Position numbers and translations under genes: made by a program
Shown here: piece by piece, positions 40,901 to 51,916 of the stretch
Numbering within the stretch: position 1 is the first letter of the stretch
Layout: each line of letters starts with the position of its first letter
The notes under the pieces: model-generated
Database searches by the model: none
Told to the model about the DNA's origin: nothing
Seen by the model: the letters and a program-made list of their open reading frames with translations, nothing else
Assembly (NCBI GenBank): GCA_977017575.1
Contig: CDRNVI010000020.1
Span: 124,001-188,000, forward strand
DNA from: Paramoeba atlantica
Taxonomy: Eukaryota > Protista > Discosea
DNA length: 64,000 nucleotides
Direction: 5' to 3'

Positions 40901-41932
40901 ATGTCCGACACCGTTACTCCTCCTTTACAGTACCGCTCCTACACGTTCCCCAGTGGCTGTACCTACGCCGGTACCGTACTCGGGGATACCCACATGCACG
41001 GCTACGGGGAGTGGACCCATCCCAGTGGGGAGGGCTACCGAGGGGAGTACGAACAGAACAAACCCCATGGCTGTGGCACCCACACCGCTGCCTCGGGTGA
41101 GGTGTATCTCGGGGAGTGGTCTCGAGGGCTGAGGCAAGGCAAAGGCGTAGTTACGAATCACGAAGCAGAATCGAATTCTAAATCCGTCGGAAGTTTTCAC
41201 GCCGGTACCAAACATGGCCCAATGGTACGGTACGCTCCGGGGGAGGGAGTCCCTGTTTTGGAGCAGTGGAACTGCGGGAGACTGCAAACCGCCGCAGAAC
41301 CCTCCTGGGTGGATCAACTCGAGAGTGAGAAGACACAACAGGAGTTAGGAAAGAGGTACGAGGGGGTGAGTCAACAACTCCGTGGAGCGGTGGAGCCGAA
41401 AGGAACGGAGGAGGGCTCCGAAGAGTCGACAGCTCCGGAGACTCACCACTGTGTGTTTCCCACAGGCGCGTCCTACCGTGGGGAGATATGGAAGGGGAAG
41501 AAACATGGCCACGGGTATTGGGTTCATCCGCAAGGAGAGTGTTACGAAGGAGAGTTTATGGATGGTCATTTTCATGGGTTTGGTGTGTATCACTGGACGA
41601 GCAGTGGTCGCACCTATATGGGGTGGTGGGAAAACGGGAAGCGTCATGGGTGGGGGTTGACTTTTCTGGACGCAACCGCACAGGAAATTTCGCTCGGGCA
41701 GTATGAGAATGATTCGAGGCATGGGTATGGTGTTTATATCGTGAATGGAAAGGGTGTGATGCATCACTGGAAAAAAGGGAATGTGACCAAAGAAGAGGAT
41801 AAATTTTGCGATCAAGCCGATATCACTCGGGCAATGAATCTATTTCAGGGTTTATCGGTTTCGTTAAACCAAATAGAATTTCCTGTGGCTCAAAAAAGGG
41901 CGATAGGTGGCCAAATATTTGGAAATGCATAG
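40901..41932 (+). CDS. MORN-repeat protein
   Basis: Two clusters of YxGxW/F..G..HGxG repeats; ATG at 40901. Confidence 0.92.
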   Translation: MSDTVTPPLQYRSYTFPSGCTYAGTVLGDTHMHGYGEWTHPSGEGYRGEYEQNKPHGCGTHTAASGEVYLGEWSRGLRQGKGVVTNHEAESNSKSVGSFHAGTKHGPMVRYAPGEGVPVLEQWNCGRLQTAAEPSWVDQLESEKTQQELGKRYEGVSQQLRGAVEPKGTEEGSEESTAPETHHCVFPTGASYRGEIWKGKKHGHGYWVHPQGECYEGEFMDGHFHGFGVYHWTSSGRTYMGWWENGKRHGWGLTFLDATAQEISLGQYENDSRHGYGVYIVNGKGVMHHWKKGNVTKEEDKFCDQADITRAMNLFQGLSVSLNQIEFPVAQKRAIGGQIFGNA

Positions 41933-42274
41933 CAGTTCATACGATGAATCTATTTGAACCCCATTGTTATACTGGAGTTTACTACCTAAACCGCAGTGCT
42001 AGAATTTAGATTGTAAATACACCTTTAGCTGAATCTATTAAATAATTTGTGCAGTCTTGGAGGATATGACAAAATGATATTAGAAAAAATGATTATAGAT
42101 CGTACTTAATAGAGTGTGTTGCGTAGCACGTTTTTTTTGTATTCTACAGACTTCATAAAGGCTACTGAATAACATCGTAGGAAATTTTATTCGTTTCCAT
42201 TACCTCGTTATAGTAATGACTCTTCATAATTCCTTCGGTTATTTTCTTCATAATTTTCGATAGATTTTGTAATC

Positions 42275-45007
42275 ATGCAGGCTAGAGACACTTGTCGACT
42301 ATTACTTAATTGCAGCTCAGTGCCGCCGACTTTTAAAGAAATTGCTGAAGGCTTAGAATCTGCCAATATCTCGGAAAAAAGAGATACATTGAAAAAAATC
42401 ATTCGCTTACATATCAGTGGGGAGTCAGTAAACTCTACTGTATTGTCCGTAATCAAATTTTGCGTTCCCTGTGGTGACCATGAGCTTAAAAAGCTTATGT
42501 TTCTCCTCTGGGAACTAATCGACAAGACGGACGGTGATGGCAAACTTCTTCCTGAGATGCTCCTTTTGATATCATCCTGGCGTGTCGATTTACAACATCC
42601 TAATGAGTACATTCGAGGTGCGACACTCCGATTTCTGTGCTCCGTACAAGAGAGAGATCTCTTAGAGCCCCTTGTGCCTTGCATTGTTGACTGCTCACGA
42701 CACCAGCATCCGTACGTTTCAAGAGCCGCAGTACATACCCTGGCGTGTATTTTTCGAAAACACAGTTCGTTGGTTTCAGGAATCGAACCAGTCCTGGAGA
42801 ATTTGCTTACGGACCATGATGGGAGTGTGCGATGCCGCGCGTTCCAATTGTTAAGTGAAATGAATCCGACTTGGTTGACAAACCTTTTGCAAAGTGTGGC
42901 ATCTGGGACACCATCAAGTATCATACCACGTGACGTTACTCCGGCCAATGTATCCTTTTGGAATACCGTTCTCCGTGTTCTAGGGTCTCAGTTGCGGAAC
43001 AACGCTGGGCTACGTGCGCCTGGGGCTTATCTACTATCTTACTTGTTACAAATTCGAAACATGGACCCTAGTGTGCAATTTTCATGCGCACAATTACTGC
43101 CACGCATATCAGGCTCGGAAAGCGCGATGCAGAGTGCTGCAGAGATCTATTCTGATCTCATGGCCACTCACGAGGATTTAAGTGTCAAACAAGTTGTTTT
43201 GAAGGAGCTTGAAAAGTTCAAGAGTCTGCCTCCTCATTGCATGTCGCATGCAATGACAACGATGATACGATGTTTGGAAGGTACAACGCTTCCATATGAA
43301 ATTCGCAGTCGACTACTAAAATTTATAGTGTTCTGGATTTCAGAAAATTCGGCGAACCAGCTTTTGACTTGTTTACTTTACGAAATCGACTGTTTGGAAA
43401 ATAGAATGCTAGAAACTACTGAGTCGGAGCAAGAAGCATATCTGGAATACATTGCCCACGTCATAGAACAGATTTTAAGACAATTCCCAGAGAAAGTAGC
43501 GCAAGAATTTGTGCGTTTCGCCACTAAGAAGGTGAATCTTAATGTGGGACGGTATTTCACGCATTTGTTGACCGTTGCCCTTAAATCCATTTCAGATCAG
43601 GATCGCGACAACTATATTCGAGAACTCTTATCACAGGTACTTGTATGCAATGGTCAGCCTACAGGGCGGCAAGTGTTGAACACTTTGAGAGCGTTTGTGC
43701 AACCGAAACACGCTTCTCAGGTTTGTGATGCGGTTGAAAAGATTGCACAAAATCTATCGGACTGTGAAATGGAGAGAAACAGATCAATTGATGAAATAGG
43801 ACCCACAGTTTCTTGTCTTGCGTCTTTGGTAGGACAGCTTCTTTCCGATGTTATGTCGCTCTCAAATGAACAAGTAGAAGAGAACGATGCGTTACTGCTT
43901 CGGGCATGTCTAGAAAAACTGTACATTCTAGTTGCTGGACGCCCTGCTCTTTTTGACTCTGATTCAGCTAATCAAGTTGTTTTCTTGCGAAGGCTACACA
44001 TGGATTCAGCTCTTAATTCATCAGGAACAGGATTACATCTTTTATCACTGCCAATGTCAAACTGTTTGCCAGAAGAGAATGCTATCGTGGTGCGCCCTTC
44101 TGAAACCTCAATTGATGTTCCCTTATCGTACTCGATGCTTCCGCATCCTTCTGTAAGCCGCGAGATGGGAACGAGAAAAACTGAAGATGAAGAGCTCGCC
44201 CTGGCGGTGAGCGGTGCTGACAATACTTCGGATACCCTACCACTTCTGGATGCAATGCAGCAGGGAATACATAGCTCACAAGGAGTGCTCCATGCATTAA
44301 CTGGTTTCGGTGAACCTTTGTATGTGGAGTGCGCGGTGTCCACTAAAACTCCCGTCGTTACCTTTGTGTTTCTGATTGTGAATCAAACGTCTTCACCCAT
44401 GCTGAATCTTAAGCTGGGGCTGTCAGCTCGTACTTCAGCACAGAAAAGTGAAGCAGTTTCTTTTATTGAAAAATTTTCACCGTGTAACGTCTCTCCAGGA
44501 GATTTTACTACCGTTCGGGCTACGCTCAAGATTAAGAGTACGCAAGAAATAATAGTTTTTCCAGAAGTGAGCTATGAAACTCAAGCAGGGACCACGAGCT
44601 CGAATACGCACACCCTACTTGAGATATCGGTTGATCCGACGGACCATTTAGAAATGATGCAGTTACCATGTAGACCTGAAACAATTACGGAGCTTTGGAC
44701 AAAAGAGAGGCACCAAGTTGTGTCCAAATTTCAAAAGCTTTTCAAGGGAAATGATTGGCACTGTTGTGAGAAACTAAACCTGAAAGATGGCAAGTCTCTT
44801 TGTGCGGAATCTGATACAACTTCTATCCAGTGTACGGTATCAGCTTCGCGCACACTCTTTAACGACATTGTCCTCACTCATATTTGCCTCTCAAAGGATG
44901 GGGAAATTTTCAGTGGTAATCTGAAGGTTAAGTGCTCGTCAGAGGGCGTTGCTACATCTTTGAGTAACCGTTTCGTGGAATCACTGACGACTGGTACAGC
45001 AGCGTAA
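42275..45007 (+). CDS. COPB1: Coatomer subunit beta
   Basis: DHELKKLMFLLWELIDKTD.DGKLLPEMLL, DLQHPNEYIRGATLRFLC, LTGFGEPLYVEC, LIVNQT. Confidence 0.93.
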   Translation: MQARDTCRLLLNCSSVPPTFKEIAEGLESANISEKRDTLKKIIRLHISGESVNSTVLSVIKFCVPCGDHELKKLMFLLWELIDKTDGDGKLLPEMLLLISSWRVDLQHPNEYIRGATLRFLCSVQERDLLEPLVPCIVDCSRHQHPYVSRAAVHTLACIFRKHSSLVSGIEPVLENLLTDHDGSVRCRAFQLLSEMNPTWLTNLLQSVASGTPSSIIPRDVTPANVSFWNTVLRVLGSQLRNNAGLRAPGAYLLSYLLQIRNMDPSVQFSCAQLLPRISGSESAMQSAAEIYSDLMATHEDLSVKQVVLKELEKFKSLPPHCMSHAMTTMIRCLEGTTLPYEIRSRLLKFIVFWISENSANQLLTCLLYEIDCLENRMLETTESEQEAYLEYIAHVIEQILRQFPEKVAQEFVRFATKKVNLNVGRYFTHLLTVALKSISDQDRDNYIRELLSQVLVCNGQPTGRQVLNTLRAFVQPKHASQVCDAVEKIAQNLSDCEMERNRSIDEIGPTVSCLASLVGQLLSDVMSLSNEQVEENDALLLRACLEKLYILVAGRPALFDSDSANQVVFLRRLHMDSALNSSGTGLHLLSLPMSNCLPEENAIVVRPSETSIDVPLSYSMLPHPSVSREMGTRKTEDEELALAVSGADNTSDTLPLLDAMQQGIHSSQGVLHALTGFGEPLYVECAVSTKTPVVTFVFLIVNQTSSPMLNLKLGLSARTSAQKSEAVSFIEKFSPCNVSPGDFTTVRATLKIKSTQEIIVFPEVSYETQAGTTSSNTHTLLEISVDPTDHLEMMQLPCRPETITELWTKERHQVVSKFQKLFKGNDWHCCEKLNLKDGKSLCAESDTTSIQCTVSASRTLFNDIVLTHICLSKDGEIFSGNLKVKCSSEGVATSLSNRFVESLTTGTAA

Positions 45008-45397
45008 AAATGGTCCTCCTGTGAAGATAATCAGACGTGTAATTCATATGAAACTGTTCCAACTAAGGACACATTTCGTGTGCAGATACCATTTCACAGA
45101 AGTATCACAGAAAATATTCATCCGCTTTTATTTTTTGGTTCTTCAATGGTCTATTTTCAATAGTTTTCAATTTTGTTTCAATCCCAACCGAGGTTCATAC
45201 CTCGAACGTTTATGGAGAAATCTATTGAATCAGTACTTGTAGTATAGTCTGTACTGAACATTATGGGTTTTATTGTTGCGTTACTCCAGGAATAGTAAGT
45301 CAGTGCCATAAAAGATGTAAGAAGTTTCTGTGTTTTTTCCATAAATGTTTCGTATATTCATTCGTAGTATAGTTTCTGGCCCTCGTATCCTACTTAT

Positions 45398-48307
45398 ATG
45401 CAACCCACACGGTCGCTTCATACAAAGAAAAACAATGCGGAAGTGGAGTTATTGAAGGGTTCTAATACCCTAGAACTTCAAAGCAAGTGCGGCACATGTC
45501 TCCAGAAGGATAATGAAGAGGCGTCTCATATAGAGCTCGAAAAATTTCCCAAAGTCCTGTCCCAATCTACGTGTTTATCACCGGGAGTTGATGCTGAACG
45601 TTCAACGCGAATCAGAAAACCATCTCTGCAGTCAGAATTCGGAGATACTCTGGAGGAATGTTATCCAATTTTACGACGTCAAAACAACGCTGGTCACGTT
45701 TCAGTAAATCCCACTATGCCAGTTGAACGAATTTTTAGTAACAGTTCTCATTCTGCTTCCAGGTTTAGAAATAGATCTTCTTTAGCTTGCAAAGGAAAAC
45801 GGGAACGCAGTGAATCACCATCAATACCTACTTATCGCATAAAGAACGAAATAGGGGAAAGCCCAATTCGCAGTATACATAAACGAGGTGCAACAGCAAA
45901 GAAATCTACGCGCAAGGACACCGAACTTTCTGAAATCTGGAACCAGGAGCTCTATAATCTATTTGAAGAGGTGATTCAAGAATACAACGACACGTCCAGT
46001 GAGTCTCCTTCCTCGCCAACCAACTTGTCTGAGGTATGGAAAGACGGGCGGGCCAAATCCCAGTGTGTCTCATTTCCTGGAGGGCTCTTCATTCCTCCTG
46101 GTGTATGGACGCTGTTGTACCCTTATCAACGCGTTGCGGTACAATGGCTATGGGAACTACACTCTTTGAACACTGGCGGCATCCTGGCCGATGAGATGGG
46201 CCTTGGCAAGACGGTGATCACGGCTGGCTTTCTGGGTTCCTTGGGTCACTCCCAGTTAATGGCCGAGTATGTCTTACTAGCTTGTCCAGCTACCATAATG
46301 AGCCAGTGGATGCAAGAAATGTCGTATTGGGCCCCTCACTTGCGCGTACGCCTTCTCCATCGCACCTCGGAGGTCGGAGCAGATGGCAAACTTGGGACAT
46401 TTATTGAGTCACTACGATCCCAGTCCAGTAGAAATACGATTTTGCTTACTACCTATGCCACCCTTCGTCTCTACTTACCGCAGCTTTTAAAACTGTCCAT
46501 TGGGTACGTAATTCTCGACGAGGGTCATTTTATACGGAATGCGGAAAGCGCAACAGCGAAAGCCGTGAAGTCTTTCCGCACACCGCATCGGATATTACTT
46601 ACCGGCACACCGATACAGAATAAGATATCGGAATTGTGGTCCCTTTTTAATTTTGTGAATCCTCTATTGTTAGGGGATTTGGATACCTTCGTGAACCAAT
46701 TTGAGGAACCCATCCGGCAGGGTTCGTACAAAGGTGCTACCGACAAGGATGTTCACTCCTCTTTGGCGTTCAGCAAGCAATTAAAGGCCCGTATTGGACC
46801 GTTTCTGTTGCGCCGCTTGAAGAACGACGTTGGCATACAACTAACAGCAAAATCTGAAAAGTTGATCTATGTGAAGCTTACCCCTGCGCAAGTACGGTTG
46901 TACAGTGGCTTCCTGATGTCTGAAAACATGAGTTGGAGGCTCTATCAACGTGCAGTTAACAAAGAAATAGACCGCCACTCCAATTGTTTAGGCAACGACA
47001 CGTCACACTTACTTTTGTTTCAGGCCATTTCTTACCTTCGAAACTTGTGCAACCATCCATGGCTATGTGATCGCGGTAACGGTATTACGGCCCGTCAGAG
47101 GAAACGTTTTCTCACTTGTCCCATCACTGATATTTCGAAGCCTGTTAACAGCAAACTTTACGATGATTGTGTAGCATCAAGTTGTAAACTCAGGGTGCTT
47201 TTGCCTTTGCTGGCGGGATGGAACCTAAGATCAGGCCAAACGAATGAACTCTCTACGTTTCTGAAGGAAGAGGGTACAACAAATACCAAATCCGAAAATG
47301 ACAGCGCGTTAACCAGTGTTGAGAAGACGCTTATTTACACTCAAACACGTATGATGCTTGACATAATCGAGCAATGCATCCGGTATGAGGGGTACGGCTA
47401 CATACGTATGGATGGACTTACTCCGATTGCACATCGTGGTACACTGATCGATTCTCTTAATAATGATCCCAGTATCACAATTGGTCTCCTAACAACTCGT
47501 GTTGGGGGCCTTGGTATTAATTTTACTGGATGCAGTCGAGTGGTCATCATAGATCCTGATTGGAATCCTCACATTGATATTCAGGCACGTGAAAGAGTAT
47601 GGCGTCTCGGTCAGAAAAAGGATGTGGAAATATATCGTCTTCTGGCGGCGGGAACCATTGAAGAAAAAGTTTACGAGCGACAAATTATGAAACTCTGTTC
47701 AACTGAAACGGTATTGAAATCGACACGTGTTAATAAGGCGAGCTCCAATTTGTCCGACGTTGGTGTTCAATCTCATACCACTGGCATTCACCGACAGCAG
47801 CTTTCTGATTACTTTACGTTGGGCTCAGATTATGATGAAACTCTGGATATTTTGCGCAAAGGACGTTTTGGATCGCAAAATTTTGAAAACTTTAAGATGT
47901 CTCATGCAGAGGAGACATCACGATGCGATACAATAGATTCGTGTAGCGAATCACTAAAGGGCAACGACGAATTAGATAATATTTCTTCTCAAAGCGGCGG
48001 CATAGTATCTGTCCGTGATGTCACACCTCTCGCAGCTGACAATCATAAAAGCAACGCAAGTGATCTTGAACTACTGCGCCAGCTGCTGGATGCGAGAGAC
48101 ATCAAATCCGTAACTTGTCATGATCAGCTGTTGCAGAAAAATTTTGAAAGTCTTCCGTCAGAATCATACGTCAGGTCAGACGGTCGACAAAGCCGCATCC
48201 ACGAGCCGGCTAGTCGAATAGCACATAAACAAGCTCAAAGCGCCGTCCGGGCATTGGGACACATTAATCGTCCGAAGCGAATTGATCCTGTATTACCAAG
48301 TGAATGA
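45398..48307 (+). CDS. SNF2-family ATPase, ERCC6/RAD26-like
   Basis: LYPYQRVAVQWLWELH, GGILADEMGLGKT, ILDEGHFIRN, LTGTPIQNKISELWSLF, LLTTRVGGLGINFTG, QARERVWRLGQKKDVEIYRL. Confidence 0.9.
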   Translation: MQPTRSLHTKKNNAEVELLKGSNTLELQSKCGTCLQKDNEEASHIELEKFPKVLSQSTCLSPGVDAERSTRIRKPSLQSEFGDTLEECYPILRRQNNAGHVSVNPTMPVERIFSNSSHSASRFRNRSSLACKGKRERSESPSIPTYRIKNEIGESPIRSIHKRGATAKKSTRKDTELSEIWNQELYNLFEEVIQEYNDTSSESPSSPTNLSEVWKDGRAKSQCVSFPGGLFIPPGVWTLLYPYQRVAVQWLWELHSLNTGGILADEMGLGKTVITAGFLGSLGHSQLMAEYVLLACPATIMSQWMQEMSYWAPHLRVRLLHRTSEVGADGKLGTFIESLRSQSSRNTILLTTYATLRLYLPQLLKLSIGYVILDEGHFIRNAESATAKAVKSFRTPHRILLTGTPIQNKISELWSLFNFVNPLLLGDLDTFVNQFEEPIRQGSYKGATDKDVHSSLAFSKQLKARIGPFLLRRLKNDVGIQLTAKSEKLIYVKLTPAQVRLYSGFLMSENMSWRLYQRAVNKEIDRHSNCLGNDTSHLLLFQAISYLRNLCNHPWLCDRGNGITARQRKRFLTCPITDISKPVNSKLYDDCVASSCKLRVLLPLLAGWNLRSGQTNELSTFLKEEGTTNTKSENDSALTSVEKTLIYTQTRMMLDIIEQCIRYEGYGYIRMDGLTPIAHRGTLIDSLNNDPSITIGLLTTRVGGLGINFTGCSRVVIIDPDWNPHIDIQARERVWRLGQKKDVEIYRLLAAGTIEEKVYERQIMKLCSTETVLKSTRVNKASSNLSDVGVQSHTTGIHRQQLSDYFTLGSDYDETLDILRKGRFGSQNFENFKMSHAEETSRCDTIDSCSESLKGNDELDNISSQSGGIVSVRDVTPLAADNHKSNASDLELLRQLLDARDIKSVTCHDQLLQKNFESLPSESYVRSDGRQSRIHEPASRIAHKQAQSAVRALGHINRPKRIDPVLPSE

Positions 48308-48498
48308 ATTTTTTGGCCAGCTGGCACTGTTACTGTAGGTCGAACCCTGTTTTTTTTATGGAACGAGAGGTAGGTATTTTATACCGTTTTAGCTCTTTGC
48401 GTGTGAGTAGTTATACTAGTCAAACATTTAATCGTTCCAGAACAATACAAAAAGTATAGAGTAGTCCTTATTGCAGTATACAATATCATCAACACTAT

Positions 48499-49140
48499 AT
48501 GAACACGTCTACGTGCGTCGATCCCTCGACGCAAGGTACTCGGCCAGGCAAGGTTCGCGGAATGATATTTTCCCAGGAATATGAATTGGAGCGCCTCGTG
48601 CGAAATGTTGAGAACACCCATTCCTCGTGGACAACGGCAACAAATGCGTGTAGGTGGAGTGGTGTTACTTGTAATGATGCAGCCATGGTTGATCGCATTA
48701 CTTGGGACTGGTTAAAACTACATGGCTCCATGTTATGGCAACATTTACCTCGAACATTGACATTCTTCAGCGTTTCACCAAACAGTCTTGAGGGCGAAGT
48801 AGATCTTATTAACTTACCGCCACAATTGGAATACTTTTTTGTAAATCACAATCAGCTGAGCGGTAGGGTCGATCTTTCAGGACTTCCTTCTACTCTCCAA
48901 GTTTTGGGATTGCGGTCAAATAAATTTTCTGGGAATGTGTATTTTCAAGTGGTGCCTACGACTCTGTCGGCACTATGGCTTCAGGAAAATGAAGAGCTAA
49001 CTGGGACACTTGGGGAACACGAGCTTCCAGAGCACACGACGTACGATTTCTCAGGGACAAAAATTCAATGTTGGAACAACATGAAAGAGAGGCACGTCAC
49101 GAACTGGGCCGATGGACGAATAACGTGCAGATATTATTGA
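48499..49140 (+). CDS. Short leucine-rich-repeat protein, same family as 37931-38515
   Basis: ACRWSGVTC cap; NSLEGEVDLINLP, NQLSGRVDLSGLP, NKFSG; similar C-terminal GTKI motif. Confidence 0.85.
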   Translation: MNTSTCVDPSTQGTRPGKVRGMIFSQEYELERLVRNVENTHSSWTTATNACRWSGVTCNDAAMVDRITWDWLKLHGSMLWQHLPRTLTFFSVSPNSLEGEVDLINLPPQLEYFFVNHNQLSGRVDLSGLPSTLQVLGLRSNKFSGNVYFQVVPTTLSALWLQENEELTGTLGEHELPEHTTYDFSGTKIQCWNNMKERHVTNWADGRITCRYY

Positions 49141-49754
49141 ACAAGAAATTATAGAGCTTGGATGTAACGTGTAAAATTGTCATGGCGATCATATCTTTAA
49201 AACTGTATAAACCTGCATTAACCTGAACACCGGTTTCTACAGGTCGGAATGCATGTGCCGAAAAGGATTCTTTCTTTTATCTTCATAAAAGATGCGTCAT
49301 TTTCTTATTCACTTGCTAGCTAGGCCGTGAAAGTAGAAATCTAAAGGAAAGGTTATAGGGTGTGGGTGAGCTCCCGAACGATCACAGTGGGATCTAGCCA
49401 ATTGTTTCCTCTTGGGGATAAAGTTTTTTGCTTCCTGTCTGTATAGCCTTTTTTGGAGAAAAACACTTCTTATGTGTATTTTGTTTCAGTTTTTAAAATT
49501 AATCATATTCAACATAGGATTGCGAGAAAATGGCACCTCCACCAATGTACACCTTTTTATGCCACAAACATGTTTTTGTATTTCTATTGGAATCTTATTT
49601 TGATCTCGCTCTACGAAACTACAGGATGAACTCGTTGAGCTAATTGTGTATGTCTCTGTCTCTGTTATTTCAAAAAAGGCAATTTCATTGCATTAAGGGT
49701 TCTGCTGCTAATTTGTTGCGCACGCGGACATGTTTTATTGTTCCCCAAGTCGCC

Positions 49755-50315
49755 ATGTATTGCTACTCGAATCGATTGGCCAGTAAATCGAATATCAAGA
49801 AAGTGAAAAAGCAACTAAAATCCGTAAACAAGAATGCAAAAAGTGGGAATCAACAGCAATCTAATTTTAACAATATTATATCCACGAATCTGATTTGCGT
49901 TCCCTCTTGCCCCTTTTGTCGCATAATTTCGGGTGAGCTTCCTTGTGTTAAAATAATGGAGACTGACTTAGCTTTAGCCTTTCTGGATATTCATCCCTTG
50001 GCCGTTGGACACGCTTTAGTTATTCCTAAGAATCACTACACTAAAATGCATGAAGTTGCAGAGGAATCGGCTCAAGCTGTTGCCCATATGCTTCGTCGTG
50101 TTGGAGGGCTTTTACCCTCTGAGGACTATAATGTTTTACAGAACAACGGAGCAATGGCTCACCAAGCCGTTCCCCACGTGCATTATCATCTTATTCCAAA
50201 GCCAAATCGTATAGAAGGATTGGGAGTGTATTGGGAACCCATGGGTCAGTGGGATCAAGAAAGTCTTCGCACCGTAGCTGACCAAATGCAGCGCAGACTC
50301 TCTGGAGACAAATAG
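49755..50315 (+). CDS. HIT family (HINT-like) nucleotide hydrolase
   Basis: CPFCRII, AFLDIHPLAVGHALVIPK, QAVPHVHYHLIP (HxHxH triad). Start uncertain. Confidence 0.92.
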   Translation: MYCYSNRLASKSNIKKVKKQLKSVNKNAKSGNQQQSNFNNIISTNLICVPSCPFCRIISGELPCVKIMETDLALAFLDIHPLAVGHALVIPKNHYTKMHEVAEESAQAVAHMLRRVGGLLPSEDYNVLQNNGAMAHQAVPHVHYHLIPKPNRIEGLGVYWEPMGQWDQESLRTVADQMQRRLSGDK

Positions 50316-50438
50316 GCAGAATGCGAAAGTGAACTCTGGGAACTAGGAAGCGATTGTAACGCACATCTGTGCGTTCCAATGTTGTGTGAGGGAGTATACT
50401 AAAATTTGTTTTAACGCTTAATGCTTGTGTATAAAATC

Positions 50439-50567
50439 TAAAGGGGGGGCTCGTTTATTGTTAGCATTCGTTTATTGTTAACAATCGATAAATTCATTGA
50501 TTGTTAACATTCGATTATTGTTAGCAAAAAATGCTCGAAAAAATTGAATAAACGAGCCCCCTCTTTA
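50439..50567. mobile_element. ~129-bp MITE-like inverted repeat with TA ends
   Basis: taaagggggggctcgtttatt ... aataaacgagccccctcttta (21 bp, 1 mismatch); four internal attgtta(g/a)ca units. Confidence 0.78.
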
Positions 50568-50683
50568 TGTCTTTTTTTCAATTTACTCACTGACTTACAA
50601 TACAAAGCACAATTCAATTTTTCCACCCTTTACGAAAAGTTTTGCAAACAGCAAATTAGGTCATAATATTTTTATCTTTTTAA

Positions 50684-51916
50684 ATGCTTCTCTTATTCCT
50701 TCTAGGGTTTCTGGCACCTTTGTGCCCCACCTTGCGCGCCGAAATCTATTTCAAAGAGACCTTCGAGGAGACTCCTTTCGGAAACCCCTTTGAGAAGCGA
50801 TGGATACAGAGCCGGGCGAATGCCAGCTATGGGCGCTTTCGTCTCGGACTCCCTACCACCTATGGAGATGAAAACATTAACCGCGGAATGATTACCGCCG
50901 AGGATCAGCACCAGTACGCTATCAGTGCGAAATTTAAAAAGCCTTTTGACAACAAAAATAAGACCCTTGTTCTTTCGTACACCGTAAAGTATGACCAGGA
51001 CCATGACTGCGGGGGAGGATACATTAAACTGATGCCCGATATCGACCAGGAGGAGTTTGATGGGAAGACGCCTTATTTTATCATGTTTGGACCCGACATC
51101 TGTGGTCCGTGGAAGGTGCAAATTATGTGGAACTACCAGGGGGTGAATGTGCCGTGGCTGAAGGAGCCAAAATGCAAACGTGATAAACTCACCCACCTGT
51201 ATACGTTGATTATTCGCCCGGATAACACCTATGAGGTCCGGGTGGATAACGAATACTTTGATGGTGGAGAAATTGAGCGCGATTGGGAACTGCTGCCTGA
51301 GCCCACGCTGGACGACACCACTGATGAGTTCCCGGATGACTACGACGAGGGAGAGGAGTGGGTCACGGACCCGGATGACAAGAAACCGGACGACTGGGAT
51401 AGGGAGCCGAAGAAGATACCGGACCCGGACGTGGATAAACCGGAGGATTGGGATGACGATGAGGATGGAAACTGGACTGCACCCCTGATAGATAATAAAA
51501 ATGCCAAGGGGCACTGGTTTCCCGGCCGTATCAAAAATCCGAATTACAAACCTTTTCAGCCTCAGCAGCTGCATAATCCTTTATACCACCCGGATCCGTA
51601 TTTGTACTGGAGCCGAAAGCCACTTAACTCTGTTGGGTTTGAGCTCTGGAACGTTAAAAATGGAACCGTGTTTGATAACATTATCGTCTCAGACAGTGTT
51701 GAGGAAGTAGAGGCGTTCATTACGGAAACCTGGGGGAAAACAATCGAAAAGGAGAAGGAACTGGAGGAAATACGTGACAAGGAGGAGGATGCTGAACGTA
51801 AACGTGAGAGAAAAAGAGAAAGAAAGCAACGTCGCAAGGAGAGACAGGAACAGATGGAAGAGGAACAGCGAAAGAAGGATGAAGAGCGAGCTGAGACATC
51901 TTTCTACGAATTGTAA
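50684..51916 (+). CDS. CRT: Calreticulin
   Basis: Signal peptide; IYFKETF, LVLSYTVKYDQDHDCGGGYIKL, IMFGPDICG, P-domain KPDDWD/KPEDWD repeats, GFELWNVKNGTVFDNI, acidic tail. Confidence 0.96.
   Translation: MLLLFLLGFLAPLCPTLRAEIYFKETFEETPFGNPFEKRWIQSRANASYGRFRLGLPTTYGDENINRGMITAEDQHQYAISAKFKKPFDNKNKTLVLSYTVKYDQDHDCGGGYIKLMPDIDQEEFDGKTPYFIMFGPDICGPWKVQIMWNYQGVNVPWLKEPKCKRDKLTHLYTLIIRPDNTYEVRVDNEYFDGGEIERDWELLPEPTLDDTTDEFPDDYDEGEEWVTDPDDKKPDDWDREPKKIPDPDVDKPEDWDDDEDGNWTAPLIDNKNAKGHWFPGRIKNPNYKPFQPQQLHNPLYHPDPYLYWSRKPLNSVGFELWNVKNGTVFDNIIVSDSVEEVEAFITETWGKTIEKEKELEEIRDKEEDAERKRERKRERKQRRKERQEQMEEEQRKKDEERAETSFYEL

Noticed and set aside
42208-42948. 246-aa antisense ORF over COPB
   Set aside because: Shadow ORF of a conserved gene, non-ATG start, no motif.
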